A stretch of 64,000 nucleotides of DNA from an uncultured Granulosicoccus sp. (GCA_937991945.1 CALKLO010000034.1:19270-83269), one strand, 5' to 3'. Counted from the first letter of the stretch, positions 38,679-48,931 are shown. The notes: a model not told the origin generated them from the sequence alone. Program-made: numbers and translations.

Positions 38679-39764
38679 ATGCTATATCGTGAAGCGGGGC
38701 AGTTCAAAACGAGCTATGCAGCCGATCAAGCAATGCTGCCTATTCTCCAAGACAGAATCGGCATTTTAGTCATACTGCTTGTGGCCTTTGTTGGCATCCC
38801 TGTTTTTGCAACAGATTTTTTTATGGGTTCAATCATGATCCCGTTTCTGGTGTTCGCGCTAGCAGCAGTAGGCTTGAATATATTGACCGGTTACGCCGGG
38901 CAGTTATCTCTGGGGACCGGTGCCTTTATGGGGGTGGGTGCTTACTCTTGCTACAAAATAACGACCTTATTTCCTGACACCAATATCATTATCGCCATTT
39001 TGTTATCGGGTGTTTTTTCCGCCATCATTGGTGTGATATTCGGACTACCTAGCTTGCGTATCAAAGGGTTGTATTTAGCCATAACGACGCTAGCTGCTCA
39101 ATTCTTTCTCGAGTGGTGTTTTATCAGAATTGGTTGGCTGTACAACTACAACGATTCTGGCGCGATCGAAGTGCCTCAACGAAAGATTTTCGATATTGCT
39201 GTAACGGGTGCATCTGCAACCCCAATGGTCAGATACCTCGTCATTGTTAGCATCGTGGCCGTGTTGTCCTTGGTGGCAGCCAATGTATTGCGCGGCAGAA
39301 TAGGGCGTAGTTGGATGATGATCCGAGACATGGACATTGCGGCGGAGCTCATGGGCATTCGTCCGTTGTATGCAAAGTTATCTGCTTTCGCTTTTTCCAG
39401 TTACTACTGCGGTGTTGCTGGAGCACTGATGGTGTTCATGTGGCTGGGCTCCGCTGAGGTAGAGGCGTTTGACATCAATCATTCATTTCTAGTGCTGTTC
39501 ATGGTCATCATTGGCGGCATGGGTTCCATCCTCGGCTGCTTCTTGGGTGCGGCTTTCATCTGGGTGTTGCCTATTGTTATGCGGGGGCTACCGTCTCTGA
39601 TGGGCTTGGATATTTTAGCGGCGACCACTGAACACATCACTAACATCGTTATTGGTGTGCTGATTATTTTCTTTCTCATTGTTGAGCCGCATGGTTTGGC
39701 AAGACTGTGGCAAATAGGCAAGGAGAAGCTGCGAAGCTGGCCTTTCCCTTATGCCAGCAGTTAG
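38679..39764 (+). CDS. ABC transporter permease (LivM-like)
   Basis: GLNILTGYAGQLSLG, LRIKGLYLAITTL, IIGGMGS. Confidence 0.93.
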   Translation: MLYREAGQFKTSYAADQAMLPILQDRIGILVILLVAFVGIPVFATDFFMGSIMIPFLVFALAAVGLNILTGYAGQLSLGTGAFMGVGAYSCYKITTLFPDTNIIIAILLSGVFSAIIGVIFGLPSLRIKGLYLAITTLAAQFFLEWCFIRIGWLYNYNDSGAIEVPQRKIFDIAVTGASATPMVRYLVIVSIVAVLSLVAANVLRGRIGRSWMMIRDMDIAAELMGIRPLYAKLSAFAFSSYYCGVAGALMVFMWLGSAEVEAFDINHSFLVLFMVIIGGMGSILGCFLGAAFIWVLPIVMRGLPSLMGLDILAATTEHITNIVIGVLIIFFLIVEPHGLARLWQIGKEKLRSWPFPYASS

Positions 39765-39905
39765 TGCTTACTCTCAGCTATTGAGACAATAAAATGTAGT
39801 AAGACTTAAAACTCAAACGTCGTATCAAAGGCCGTGTACCGACGACCTTAAGTTGAAGAAAGCTGCTGTTCGCAGTTAATAAGAAACCACAATTGGAGAA
39901 ATACC

Positions 39906-41207
39906 ATGAAGAGAAACACCCTCACATTGCTGGCTGCAGGTGTTATTGCTGCTTCCAGCTGGATCCCGGTTGCACAAGCTGAGGACAGCATGTACATGCC
40001 GTCTATGACGTACCGTACTGGTCCATTTGCAGGCGGCGGAACCCCGTTCGCTGATGGCTATGCTGATTACTTCAACATGCTGAATGAGCGAGACGGTGGA
40101 ATCAATGGCGTAAAAATTGTTGTTGATGAGTGTGAGACTGCCTATAACACTCAAAAAGGTGTCGAGTGCTACGAGTCTACTAAAGGCAATGGCGCTCTCG
40201 CCTACAGCCCGCTGTCTACAGGCATCACGCTTGCGCTAATTCCAAAAGCACCTGTTGATCAAATTCCTGTGTTCTCAATGGGCTATGGCTTGTCAGCAGC
40301 AGCTGCTGGCGAACAGTTTCCTTGGGCCTTTGTATACCCTGCATCGTATTGGAGTCAGTTATCTTCAATCCTGAAATACATCGACTCCAACGGTGGTATC
40401 GAAGGTAAGAAAATCGGCTTTATCTACCTCGATGTGGGCTACGGTAAAGAACCCATCCCGTTGTTAGATCAACTGTCTGAATCCATGGGTTTCTCTGTTG
40501 CCAAATTTCCTGTTGGCGTAAAAGAGATGCAAAACCAAGGCTCGCAGTGGTTAAACGTGCGTAAAGAGCGTCCAGATTGGATGATCATGTGGGGTTGGGG
40601 TGCAATGAACCCAACAGCCATTAAAGAAGCTGCAAAAATTCGCTTTCCTCTAGATCGTTTTATCGGTAACTGGTGGGCTGGGTCACACAGTGATCTTAAG
40701 GCCGTTGGTGAATCTGGAAAGGGCTATTTAGCTGCAAACTTTTCAGGTATCGGACAAGACTTTGGTGCAGTTCAGGACATTCTGAAGTACGTTGTTAACG
40801 AAGGAAAGAGCAAGGTAGGTTCACCTGATGATGTCGGTAATGTTTTATATAACCGAGGCATGTTCAACGCGGTTGTATTGGCTGAGGCCATCAAGGTAGC
40901 TCAAGACACTACCGGTAAGACAATCATCGACGGTGCTGATATGCGTGACGGTCTAGAAGCAATCAATCTTGATCAGGCACGCCTGACAGAATTGGGCCTA
41001 GAAGGGTTTACGGGTGACGTTCAAGGTTCATGTTCAGATCACGAAGGCAATGGTTCGATCTTCATTCAGCAGTGGAGTGGTTCTGATTGGGAGAAAATTT
41101 CAGATCTTATTCCACCTATGACAGATGTCGTTCGTCCTATGTTGGAAGAAGCGGCTGAATCTTATGTATCGGATAAGCCAGACTGGAAAGGTCAAGCTTG
41201 TAGTTAA
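39906..41207 (+). CDS. ABC transporter substrate-binding protein (type I PBP, Liv/aromatic-acid/fatty-acid-like)
   Basis: Signal peptide; RTGPFA, LNERDGGINGV, ECETAY. Confidence 0.9.
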   Translation: MKRNTLTLLAAGVIAASSWIPVAQAEDSMYMPSMTYRTGPFAGGGTPFADGYADYFNMLNERDGGINGVKIVVDECETAYNTQKGVECYESTKGNGALAYSPLSTGITLALIPKAPVDQIPVFSMGYGLSAAAAGEQFPWAFVYPASYWSQLSSILKYIDSNGGIEGKKIGFIYLDVGYGKEPIPLLDQLSESMGFSVAKFPVGVKEMQNQGSQWLNVRKERPDWMIMWGWGAMNPTAIKEAAKIRFPLDRFIGNWWAGSHSDLKAVGESGKGYLAANFSGIGQDFGAVQDILKYVVNEGKSKVGSPDDVGNVLYNRGMFNAVVLAEAIKVAQDTTGKTIIDGADMRDGLEAINLDQARLTELGLEGFTGDVQGSCSDHEGNGSIFIQQWSGSDWEKISDLIPPMTDVVRPMLEEAAESYVSDKPDWKGQACS

Positions 41208-41216
41208 GTTGTGATG

Positions 41217-41250
41217 TTGCTGCTTACGCTACTGACAGCGTAAGCAGCAA
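41217..41250. terminator. Perfect 14-bp hairpin after the SBP gene (mRNA stabiliser or partial terminator)
   Basis: TTGCTGCTTACGCT-ACTGAC-AGCGTAAGCAGCAA, then TTT. Confidence 0.75.
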
Positions 41251-41276
41251 TTTAAACCGTCAAAGGCTTGAGTAGC

Positions 41277-42113
41277 ATGGCAGATAAAACACCTGATTCG
41301 CAGATACAAAACGACATCATATTAAGCGTCAATAATATCGAGGTCATTTATGATCACGTTATTCTTGTACTTAAAGGCGTGTCTTTACATGTACCCAAAG
41401 GTGGCATTGTTGCCATACTGGGCGCAAATGGTGCAGGTAAAACCACCACATTAAAGGCCATTTCGAACCTCCTACATGCAGAGCGAGGCGAAGTGACCAA
41501 AGGCAGTATTGAATTTCGGGGAGAAGAAGTTCAATCACTATCCCCTAACGAGCTTGTTCGACGTGGCTGTATTCAAGTTATGGAAGGGCGTCATTGCTTT
41601 GGACATTTGAGCATTGAAGAAAATCTCCTAACAGGTGCGTTTACGCGCAAAGATGGCAATGCCGCTATCAAGAAAGATTTGGAAATGGTTTATCAGTATT
41701 TCCCTCGCCTACGCGAACGTAAAGGTTCTCAGGCAGGTTATACCTCAGGGGGTGAGCAGCAGATGTGCGCTATTGGGCGCGCCTTGATGTCCAAGCCTTC
41801 AATGATCCTACTGGATGAACCGTCCATGGGCCTAGCGCCTCAATTGGTCGAAGAAATATTCGATATTGTTAAGCAGCTTAATGTCGATACTGGCGTGTCA
41901 TTTTTATTAGCAGAACAAAACACCAATATCGCTTTGAAGTACGCCACTTACGGGTACATCTTAGAGTCGGGCCGGGTTGTGCTCGATGGCACAGGCGATG
42001 AGTTGCGTGAAAACGCTGATGTCAAAGAATTCTATTTGGGTACTGGGGGCGAGGAGCGACGTAGTTTTCGCACGGTCAAGCACTATAAGCGTCGTAAACG
42101 CTGGCTTGCCTGA
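41277..42113 (+). CDS. ABC transporter ATP-binding protein (LivF-like)
   Basis: GANGAGKT, SGGEQQM, LDEPSMGLAP, LLAEQN. Confidence 0.93.
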   Translation: MADKTPDSQIQNDIILSVNNIEVIYDHVILVLKGVSLHVPKGGIVAILGANGAGKTTTLKAISNLLHAERGEVTKGSIEFRGEEVQSLSPNELVRRGCIQVMEGRHCFGHLSIEENLLTGAFTRKDGNAAIKKDLEMVYQYFPRLRERKGSQAGYTSGGEQQMCAIGRALMSKPSMILLDEPSMGLAPQLVEEIFDIVKQLNVDTGVSFLLAEQNTNIALKYATYGYILESGRVVLDGTGDELRENADVKEFYLGTGGEERRSFRTVKHYKRRKRWLA

Positions 42114-42199
42114 TTAGTCAGTCTTCCTCGAGAAGCTGTGCTACCCCGTTCTATCGTGTCTGTAATTGGACTACTCCTAAACAGTAAGGGCCTTTTTCA

Positions 42200-43459
42200 A
42201 TGTTTGATGAGTTAGATACGCAAGCCTCCAATACGCGTGAAGCGGCCTTGTTCGAACAGTTTTCCCAACGGCTAGATTCGGCTGTGACGAACTGCTCAGG
42301 CTTAGCTAAGCATTTAGAAGGACATGCAATTGATGCCATAACCGATCGCTCGGCGTTGCAACAATTGCCGGTGCTGCGTAAAAGCGCGTTAATGCAGGCG
42401 CAACAGGATTTCCCGCCATTTGGTGGCTTTGTTGATGAAAAGGCTCTGGGTGGATGTCGAGTATTTATGTCTCCAGGTCCGGTGTGGGAACCGCAACTAG
42501 TCGGTTCAGATCCTTGGCAGAGTGCACGTGCTTTAGCTGCGGCTGGGGTACAACCGGGCCAACGATTACACAATGCCTTGTCGTACCATTTAACACCGGG
42601 TGGGTTCATCCTTGACGAAGGTGCCCGGGCATTGGGTTGCGTTGTATTTCCTGCAGGTGCAGGAGGGACTGAGGTTCAGGTGCAGGCTATTCGACATCTG
42701 CAATCACAGGTCTATGTGGGCACACCGGATTACCTACAAGTGATTTTGGACAAAGCTGCCGAAGAAGGTCAACCCATCGAGTCAATAACGCGTGCGTTGG
42801 TATCGGGTGGGGCATTGTTTCCTGCTATGCGTGCAAAATACTTGGAGCAAGGCATTCACTGTCAGCAGTGCTACGCCACCGCAGACTTAGGTGTCATTGC
42901 TTATGAAACTGCCACTGATGATGTTATTCATCCGGGTATGATTGTTAGCGAAGGCTTGATCGTTGAGATTCTAATACCGGGCACAGGCACACCGGTAACT
43001 CCGGGTGACGTTGGAGAAGTTGTCGTTACCCGTTTGGAAAGTGGGTATCCTCTGCTTCGATTTGCCACAGGTGATTTATCGGCACAAATACTAGAGCCAA
43101 GTCCGTGTGGACGCACACAAATGCGACTGGCGGGCTGGATGGGCCGAGCAGACCAACGGGCTAAGGTTCGCGGCATGTTTATCGATCCTCATCAGCTAGA
43201 GAATTTGCCTAAAGCGTTCCCAGAATTGGAGCGCTGGCGCGTGGTCATTGCCCGATCTAACAACTCTGACACGATGCAACTTCAAGTGAGCTTAAAGTCG
43301 ACGGTTAACATTGCCGCTGACAATTATGCCGGCTTTGAATCTAGGTTGGCAGACGCTTTGAAACAGGCCACTCAATTGAAAGGTAGCGCCAGCATCGTAG
43401 ATACGCTTCCGAACGATGGTGTCGTCATCGATGACCAACGAAACTACGAGACTGATTAA
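42200..43459 (+). CDS. Phenylacetate--CoA ligase (PaaK)-family protein with a divergent P-loop
   Basis: LPVLRK, YVGTPDY, YATADLG, RFATGDLS, GRADQRAKVRGMFI; SPGPVWEP in place of SSGTTGKP. Confidence 0.8.
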   Translation: MFDELDTQASNTREAALFEQFSQRLDSAVTNCSGLAKHLEGHAIDAITDRSALQQLPVLRKSALMQAQQDFPPFGGFVDEKALGGCRVFMSPGPVWEPQLVGSDPWQSARALAAAGVQPGQRLHNALSYHLTPGGFILDEGARALGCVVFPAGAGGTEVQVQAIRHLQSQVYVGTPDYLQVILDKAAEEGQPIESITRALVSGGALFPAMRAKYLEQGIHCQQCYATADLGVIAYETATDDVIHPGMIVSEGLIVEILIPGTGTPVTPGDVGEVVVTRLESGYPLLRFATGDLSAQILEPSPCGRTQMRLAGWMGRADQRAKVRGMFIDPHQLENLPKAFPELERWRVVIARSNNSDTMQLQVSLKSTVNIAADNYAGFESRLADALKQATQLKGSASIVDTLPNDGVVIDDQRNYETD

Positions 43460-43902
43460 TGTCTGATGCTGAATTGCCCTGCACCGATAACGACATAGAT
43501 CGGGAAAAAACACCGGCCTCATTACGCACTATTGCTATGCCATCGGACACCAATCCCAATGGCGATATTTTCGGCGGCTGGATACTATCCCAAATGGATT
43601 TGGCTGGCGGAACCCACGCGTTTTACGTCGCTCAAGGTCGGGTGGCCACCGTGGCGGTGACGGCAATGAAATTTTACAAGCCTGTGAAAGTCGGGGACGA
43701 GGTGAGTTGCTACTGTGCTACTCATGAAATCGGCACAACGTCTGTGACGGTTAGAGTGGAGACCTGGGTCAGACGCCGACGCTTAGCCGTAGAGGAGCAG
43801 GTAACCGAGGGCTTCTTTACTTTCGTGGCTATTGACCGTGATGGGCTGCCACGTCCCATCCTCGAATCAGCATCTGATTTCGATACGCGTTCAGACGTGT
43901 AA
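43459..43902 (+). CDS. Hotdog-fold acyl-CoA thioesterase (YciA-like)
   Basis: AMPSDTNPNGDIFGGWILSQMDLAG, PVKVGD, FTFVAID. Confidence 0.93.
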   Translation: MSDAELPCTDNDIDREKTPASLRTIAMPSDTNPNGDIFGGWILSQMDLAGGTHAFYVAQGRVATVAVTAMKFYKPVKVGDEVSCYCATHEIGTTSVTVRVETWVRRRRLAVEEQVTEGFFTFVAIDRDGLPRPILESASDFDTRSDV

Positions 43903-43987
43903 ACTTACACACTATTGGAATGAATAACGCTGTTTAGCACCTGCGGCGTTATGAGTGTGTAGGCGGCTTACTTAGGACCTCAAAAGA

Positions 43988-45970
43988 ATGAATTCCCAGA
44001 CGTGTTTATGGACACCATCGGCAGCTCGAGCTGATGCGGCTCATGTGTCTCTTTTTCGCAATAAAATTAATCAGCGCTTCAATATCGAGCTATCGGACTA
44101 TTCTGAGCTGCACCAGTGGTCTGTTGATCATTCGGTTGATTTTTGGCGGGAGATTTGGGACTACGCGGGTATTCAATCCGAAATCCGTGGCTCGGTTGTG
44201 CTGGAAAATGCTTCGGCAATGCCGGGCGCCCGATGGTTTCCGGAAGCCCGATTAAATTTTGCGCAAAATTTGTTGCGTCAAGATGTCGATGCGCCAGCAT
44301 TGATCTTTCAAGGAGAGGAGGGTGGGCCGCGCACGATATCTCGCGCGGAGCTTTACCAGCAAGTACGAGCGGTGGCAACAAAGCTCAAAAGTGTCGGTGT
44401 GGGTGTTGGGGATCGAGTCGCTGGGTTCATGCCTAATATCCCGGAAGCGTTAGTGGCTATGTTGGCTACCAGTAGTATTGGTGCTGTTTGGTCTTCGTGC
44501 TCTCCTGATTTTGGAATTAACGGTGTCAGGGATCGTTTCGGGCAAATTGAACCTAAAGTATTGTTTACCGCGGATGGTTACCGCTATGCCGGTAAAAATC
44601 ACGGATCACTCGCTGTTGTATCGGAGTTAGCGGAATCAATAGACGGGCTTCAAGCTATCGTCGTTGTGTCGTTCATTGACTCGCCTGATTCGCTCACAGG
44701 CACAGCTAAGGCCCTAGCTGTGCCGTATCAAAGCATCGTGGATACAGACATCGCTCTGGGTAAGCCTGATGCGCCTATCGAGTTTGAACAGTTACCGTTC
44801 GATCACCCGCTGTACATTATGTTTAGCTCTGGCACCACGGGAAAGCCTAAGTGCATTGTTCACGGAGCTGGAGGGACATTACTGCAGCATGTAAAAGAAC
44901 ACCTGATGCATGTGGATGTAAAACCCGGTGAGAAATTATTTTTCTTCACCACGTGTGGTTGGATGATGTGGAACTGGTTAGTCACAGCGCTGGCATCTAA
45001 AGCCACATTGCTCTTATACGATGGGTCGCCTTTTTACCCCAATGGCAATACGTTGTTCGATTTTGCGCAGAGCTCCGGCATGGATCATTTCGGCACATCG
45101 GCCAAATTTATTGATGCGTGTAGTAAAGCCGGTATATCGCCAATCAATACGCATCAGCTTCCCAATCTTAAGAGTGTTATGTCCACAGGCTCCCCTTTAG
45201 TACCTGAGAGTTTTGATTATGTGTACAAGCACATCGCTAAAGATGTTTGTTTGTCATCGATGTCTGGTGGAACCGATATCGTCTCGTGCTTTGTGCTTGG
45301 AAACCCCTCTATTGCAGTACATCGAGGAGAGTTACAAAGCAAAGGTTTGGGCATGGATATACAAGTCTATGGCGACGATGGCCAGCCAGTGGTAGTGGGC
45401 GAAAAAGGCGAACTGGTGTGTGCCCAACCGTTTCCGTGTATGCCAACAGGCTTCTTCGGAGATGACGATGGGAGTCGGTATCATGCAGCGTACTTTGAAA
45501 AGTTCGAAAACGTATGGTGTCATGGTGATTACATCGCAGAGACGCCAAGCCACGGCATGGTCATTTATGGTCGTTCCGATGCCGTGCTGAATCCTGGAGG
45601 GGTTCGCATTGGTACGGCTGAGATTTATCGGCAAGTGGAATCGTTCGATGAAATTGTAGAAGCCTTGGTTATCGGTCAGCAGTGGGAGTCGGATATTCGG
45701 GTGGTATTGTTTGTCCGTCTACGTGACGGCCTTACTCTGGATGCAGACTTGCAAACACGAGTCCGTGCGCACGTTAGAGAGCAAACAACACCTCGGCATG
45801 TACCGGCTCGTATCGTTCAGGTCACTGATATCCCGCGCACTCGAAGCGGTAAAATAGTGGAGCTTGCGGTTCGTAAAATTGTGCACGGAGAAAATGTGGA
45901 TAACATTGAAGCACTTGCTAATCCCGAAGCACTTGCCTTGTTTGCAGATATAGCCGAACTACAATCATGA
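43988..45970 (+). CDS. Acetoacetate--CoA ligase
   Basis: WFPEARLNFAQNLL, WSSCSPDFG, FSSGTTGKPKCIVH, SGGTDI, LNPGGVRIGTAEIY, RTRSGK. Confidence 0.93.
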   Translation: MNSQTCLWTPSAARADAAHVSLFRNKINQRFNIELSDYSELHQWSVDHSVDFWREIWDYAGIQSEIRGSVVLENASAMPGARWFPEARLNFAQNLLRQDVDAPALIFQGEEGGPRTISRAELYQQVRAVATKLKSVGVGVGDRVAGFMPNIPEALVAMLATSSIGAVWSSCSPDFGINGVRDRFGQIEPKVLFTADGYRYAGKNHGSLAVVSELAESIDGLQAIVVVSFIDSPDSLTGTAKALAVPYQSIVDTDIALGKPDAPIEFEQLPFDHPLYIMFSSGTTGKPKCIVHGAGGTLLQHVKEHLMHVDVKPGEKLFFFTTCGWMMWNWLVTALASKATLLLYDGSPFYPNGNTLFDFAQSSGMDHFGTSAKFIDACSKAGISPINTHQLPNLKSVMSTGSPLVPESFDYVYKHIAKDVCLSSMSGGTDIVSCFVLGNPSIAVHRGELQSKGLGMDIQVYGDDGQPVVVGEKGELVCAQPFPCMPTGFFGDDDGSRYHAAYFEKFENVWCHGDYIAETPSHGMVIYGRSDAVLNPGGVRIGTAEIYRQVESFDEIVEALVIGQQWESDIRVVLFVRLRDGLTLDADLQTRVRAHVREQTTPRHVPARIVQVTDIPRTRSGKIVELAVRKIVHGENVDNIEALANPEALALFADIAELQS

Positions 45971-46515
45971 GTCTCGACTCGTTGGACGACATTGCTCAGC
46001 TTGTTTCGCAAACGTCTTTGCCACCGGTGCATCAATGGAACCCTGATGTCACGCGTTCAATCGATATGCGCATTGAGCGCAATGGGGACTGGTTTTACAA
46101 CGGCTCTCTGATTCAACGTCTGCGAATGGTTAAGTTGTTTTCCACAGTTCTGCGTGTCGATAACGGGTTGACGTATTTGGTGACGCCTCAAGAGAGGCTA
46201 CTCATTGAGGTTGAAGATGCGCATTTCACTGCTGTGTTGGTTGAGCGGCACGGAGCTGGCGACGATCAATCATTGGTATTCACCACCAACATTGGTGACA
46301 AAGTTATTGCAGACGAACAACATTCGGTGTTTGTAGAGTATCTCGAAAAAGGCGGTGATCCTTCGCCGTATCTAGTGGTAAGAGATTCACTAAAGGCACT
46401 GATTAGTCGTGCCGTGTTCTACCAACTCGCTGAATGGGCTGAAGAGCGCGCCGGTGTATTAGGTGTTTCATCGCAAGGGTGTTTTATGCCGCTATCAGAA
46501 CCATCAGCATCATGA
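45967..46515 (+). CDS. DUF1285 family protein
   Basis: LPPVHQWNP, IDMRIERNGDWFY, VKLFSTVLR, LVTPQE. Confidence 0.88.
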   Translation: MSLDSLDDIAQLVSQTSLPPVHQWNPDVTRSIDMRIERNGDWFYNGSLIQRLRMVKLFSTVLRVDNGLTYLVTPQERLLIEVEDAHFTAVLVERHGAGDDQSLVFTTNIGDKVIADEQHSVFVEYLEKGGDPSPYLVVRDSLKALISRAVFYQLAEWAEERAGVLGVSSQGCFMPLSEPSAS

Positions 46516-47171
46516 GTTCCAGCGCCACCCTTATGCTTGAAGCCCAAGGTATTCAAATTTGGCGAGGCGAACATCTCATTATTGACGATGTGAGTGTGTC
46601 AGTACCCGCGTCGTCTATTGTTCAGATACAAGGTAGTAACGGTAGTGGTAAGACCACCTTGTTAAGAGCACTTGTCGGGTTGGCTGAAATAGACGAAGGG
46701 CAGTTATTCTGGCAAGGTGAGCCCATGACTCGTGTGCGCGATGAGTTTTATGCATCGTTGCTCTACCTGGGGCATAAGCCGGGTATTACAGCAGGCCTGA
46801 CACCGTACGAAAATCTTATGGCGCTATGCCCTGAGATTGTTGCCAATCAAACCGTCGAAAAAGAGACGCGTAAATGGGTGTTGGCTGTGCTGACTCAATT
46901 GGGTATTGGTGATCGAATCGATCTGCCGAGTGTTGCCTTATCAGCCGGTCAGCAACGTCGCGTGGCGCTAGCCCGATTAACACTGCAGCAGGCAACGTTG
47001 TGGGTACTAGATGAGCCGTTAACGTCTCTAGATGCTGAAGGCCAGCGTTGGGTTAAACAACAGATTCAGCAACATGTGGCAACTGGGGGATCAGTCGTTT
47101 TCACGACTCACCAACCTATAGAATTTGACGATGAGACGGTCATTACCTTGTCCTTGGCGCAGCCTTCATGA
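46512..47171 (+). CDS. ccmA: Heme ABC exporter ATP-binding subunit
   Basis: GSNGSGKTT, YLGHKPG, LSAGQQRRVALARL, LDEP; ATGA overlap with DUF1285. Confidence 0.93.
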   Translation: MSSSATLMLEAQGIQIWRGEHLIIDDVSVSVPASSIVQIQGSNGSGKTTLLRALVGLAEIDEGQLFWQGEPMTRVRDEFYASLLYLGHKPGITAGLTPYENLMALCPEIVANQTVEKETRKWVLAVLTQLGIGDRIDLPSVALSAGQQRRVALARLTLQQATLWVLDEPLTSLDAEGQRWVKQQIQQHVATGGSVVFTTHQPIEFDDETVITLSLAQPS

Positions 47172-47941
47172 CATCGAAGAAAAAAGAGGGGCCGGTGAAT
47201 ACAGGCGAATTTCCCTCGAAGCAAACGGTCGAGTTTGCGCGGGGGCAGCGCCATGATGCCTCTGCGGGGCATCTGTGTTTGCGTTTTTTCCAGCGTGATC
47301 TTCGCCTTGCGGTTCGCTCAACAGGTCAGTGGTTAAATCCGCTACTTTTTTTTGTGATTGTGGTGTCCTTGTTCCCGTTGGGCATTGGTCCTGGACCTGC
47401 AACATTGGCCACCATTGCACCGGGTGTGCTGTGGGTGAGTGCTTTGTTGGCCATGATGTTATCTCTCGATTCGATATTTGCTCACGATTATCGCGATGGC
47501 ACCTTAGAGCAAATGGTGGTGAGCGGTAATCCGGTCAGCGTTATGGTTATCGGTAAAGTAATGGCGCATTGGGTGACCAGTGGCCTACCGCTAGTGTTGC
47601 TGTCACCTCTTTTAGGGCTGATGATGCAGCTGCCTTCTGCGGCCTACTTAACGCTTGTTGTGAGTCTTTTGCTAGGTACGTTAAGCCTGAGTTTCATAGG
47701 GGCCATTGGTGCGGCGTTAACCGTTAGCATCAATCAGGGAGGGGTTTTACTCTCTTTACTGGTATTGCCATTGACCGTTCCGGTATTGATATTTGGCAGC
47801 AGTGCTGTTTCTGCTGTGGCTTCCGGATTAGAGGCATCAGCCCACCTCTCATTGCTAGCTGCGATTGCCACGTTATCCGCCTCATTAGCGCCTATTGCGA
47901 TAGCGGGGGCTATACGGATTGGTGTTGCCGCATCGCGCTAA
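47168..47941 (+). CDS. ccmB: Heme exporter membrane protein
   Basis: FFVIVVSLFPLGIGP, DYRDGTLEQ, LLSLLVLPLTVPVLIFG; ~30-aa N-terminal extension or a later start. Confidence 0.93.
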   Translation: MTSKKKEGPVNTGEFPSKQTVEFARGQRHDASAGHLCLRFFQRDLRLAVRSTGQWLNPLLFFVIVVSLFPLGIGPGPATLATIAPGVLWVSALLAMMLSLDSIFAHDYRDGTLEQMVVSGNPVSVMVIGKVMAHWVTSGLPLVLLSPLLGLMMQLPSAAYLTLVVSLLLGTLSLSFIGAIGAALTVSINQGGVLLSLLVLPLTVPVLIFGSSAVSAVASGLEASAHLSLLAAIATLSASLAPIAIAGAIRIGVAASR

Positions 47942-48021
47942 CACTTTGTTGAAGTCCAGAACGCTCTTGAGATCGTAAATCCGTCTAAACTACTCATCTG
48001 AGTTAACTAAGGTCTGCCGCA

Positions 48022-48765
48022 GTGTTTCAATGGATTCATAGGTTCGGTTCGTCCCCGATCATGTATCGCTTTGCCGAGCGGCTAGCGCCGTGGCTTGCGA
48101 TCTTGTGTGTGCTAACTCTTGCAGCAGGGCTCTACCTAGGTTTAGTGGTGGCACCCGCCGACTACGAGCAGGGTGATAGTTATCGAATTATCTACATACA
48201 TGTTCCTGCAGCGTGGATGTCCATGTTTGTGTACATGGTCATGGCCACCTCCAGTGCCGTTTTTCTTATTTGGCGGCTCAAAATAGCCGATATCGTGGCG
48301 GTAGCGTCTGCACCTATTGGTGCGGCCTTTACGGCAGTGGCTCTGCTAACAGGTTCTTTTTGGGGCAAACCCATGTGGGGGACTTGGTGGATTTGGGACG
48401 CTAGGCTGACGTCGGAGCTATTACTGCTCTTTTTGTACCTAGGCTATCTTGCGCTCAGAGGGGCTCTCGAGTCGCCGCAAAGCGCCTCTAAGGCGGCTGC
48501 TATTCTGGCTATCGTGGGCGTAGTTAACATACCCATCATCCATTTCTCTGTTGAATGGTGGAACACCTTGCACCAGCCAGCGAGTATCACCAAATTTGAT
48601 AAGCCATCCATGCATATCAGTATGTTACGGCCTTTGTTATTGATGGTTTTGGCGTTTCAATTGCTGTATTTCCACAATCTGATGGTGCGTGTTAGAGCCT
48701 TGATCTTGCAACGTGAAAACCGAGCAAGCTGGGTTGCCGAACTTGCTGAGAAAAACCATGTCTGA
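48022..48765 (+). CDS. ccmC: Heme exporter protein C
   Basis: YIHVP, WGKPMWGTWWIWDARLTSEL, HFSVEWWNTLHQ. Confidence 0.97.
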   Translation: MFQWIHRFGSSPIMYRFAERLAPWLAILCVLTLAAGLYLGLVVAPADYEQGDSYRIIYIHVPAAWMSMFVYMVMATSSAVFLIWRLKIADIVAVASAPIGAAFTAVALLTGSFWGKPMWGTWWIWDARLTSELLLLFLYLGYLALRGALESPQSASKAAAILAIVGVVNIPIIHFSVEWWNTLHQPASITKFDKPSMHISMLRPLLLMVLAFQLLYFHNLMVRVRALILQRENRASWVAELAEKNHV

Positions 48766-48931
48766 GCTGATGGAATTTCTGTCTATGGGAGGGTACGCAT
48801 TCTTTGTGTGGTCATCTTATGGTCTGACAACAATCATATTATTAGCCGTAGTGTTTTGGTCTTCGCGACAGCTTAAGCAATCGCGTACACAAGCCTTCCG
48901 GCGTGCCCTACAACATAGGAATAAGCAGTGA
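48758..48931 (+). CDS. ccmD: Heme exporter protein D
   Basis: FLSMGGYAFFVWSSYG, single TM, basic tail. Confidence 0.92.
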   Translation: MSELMEFLSMGGYAFFVWSSYGLTTIILLAVVFWSSRQLKQSRTQAFRRALQHRNKQ

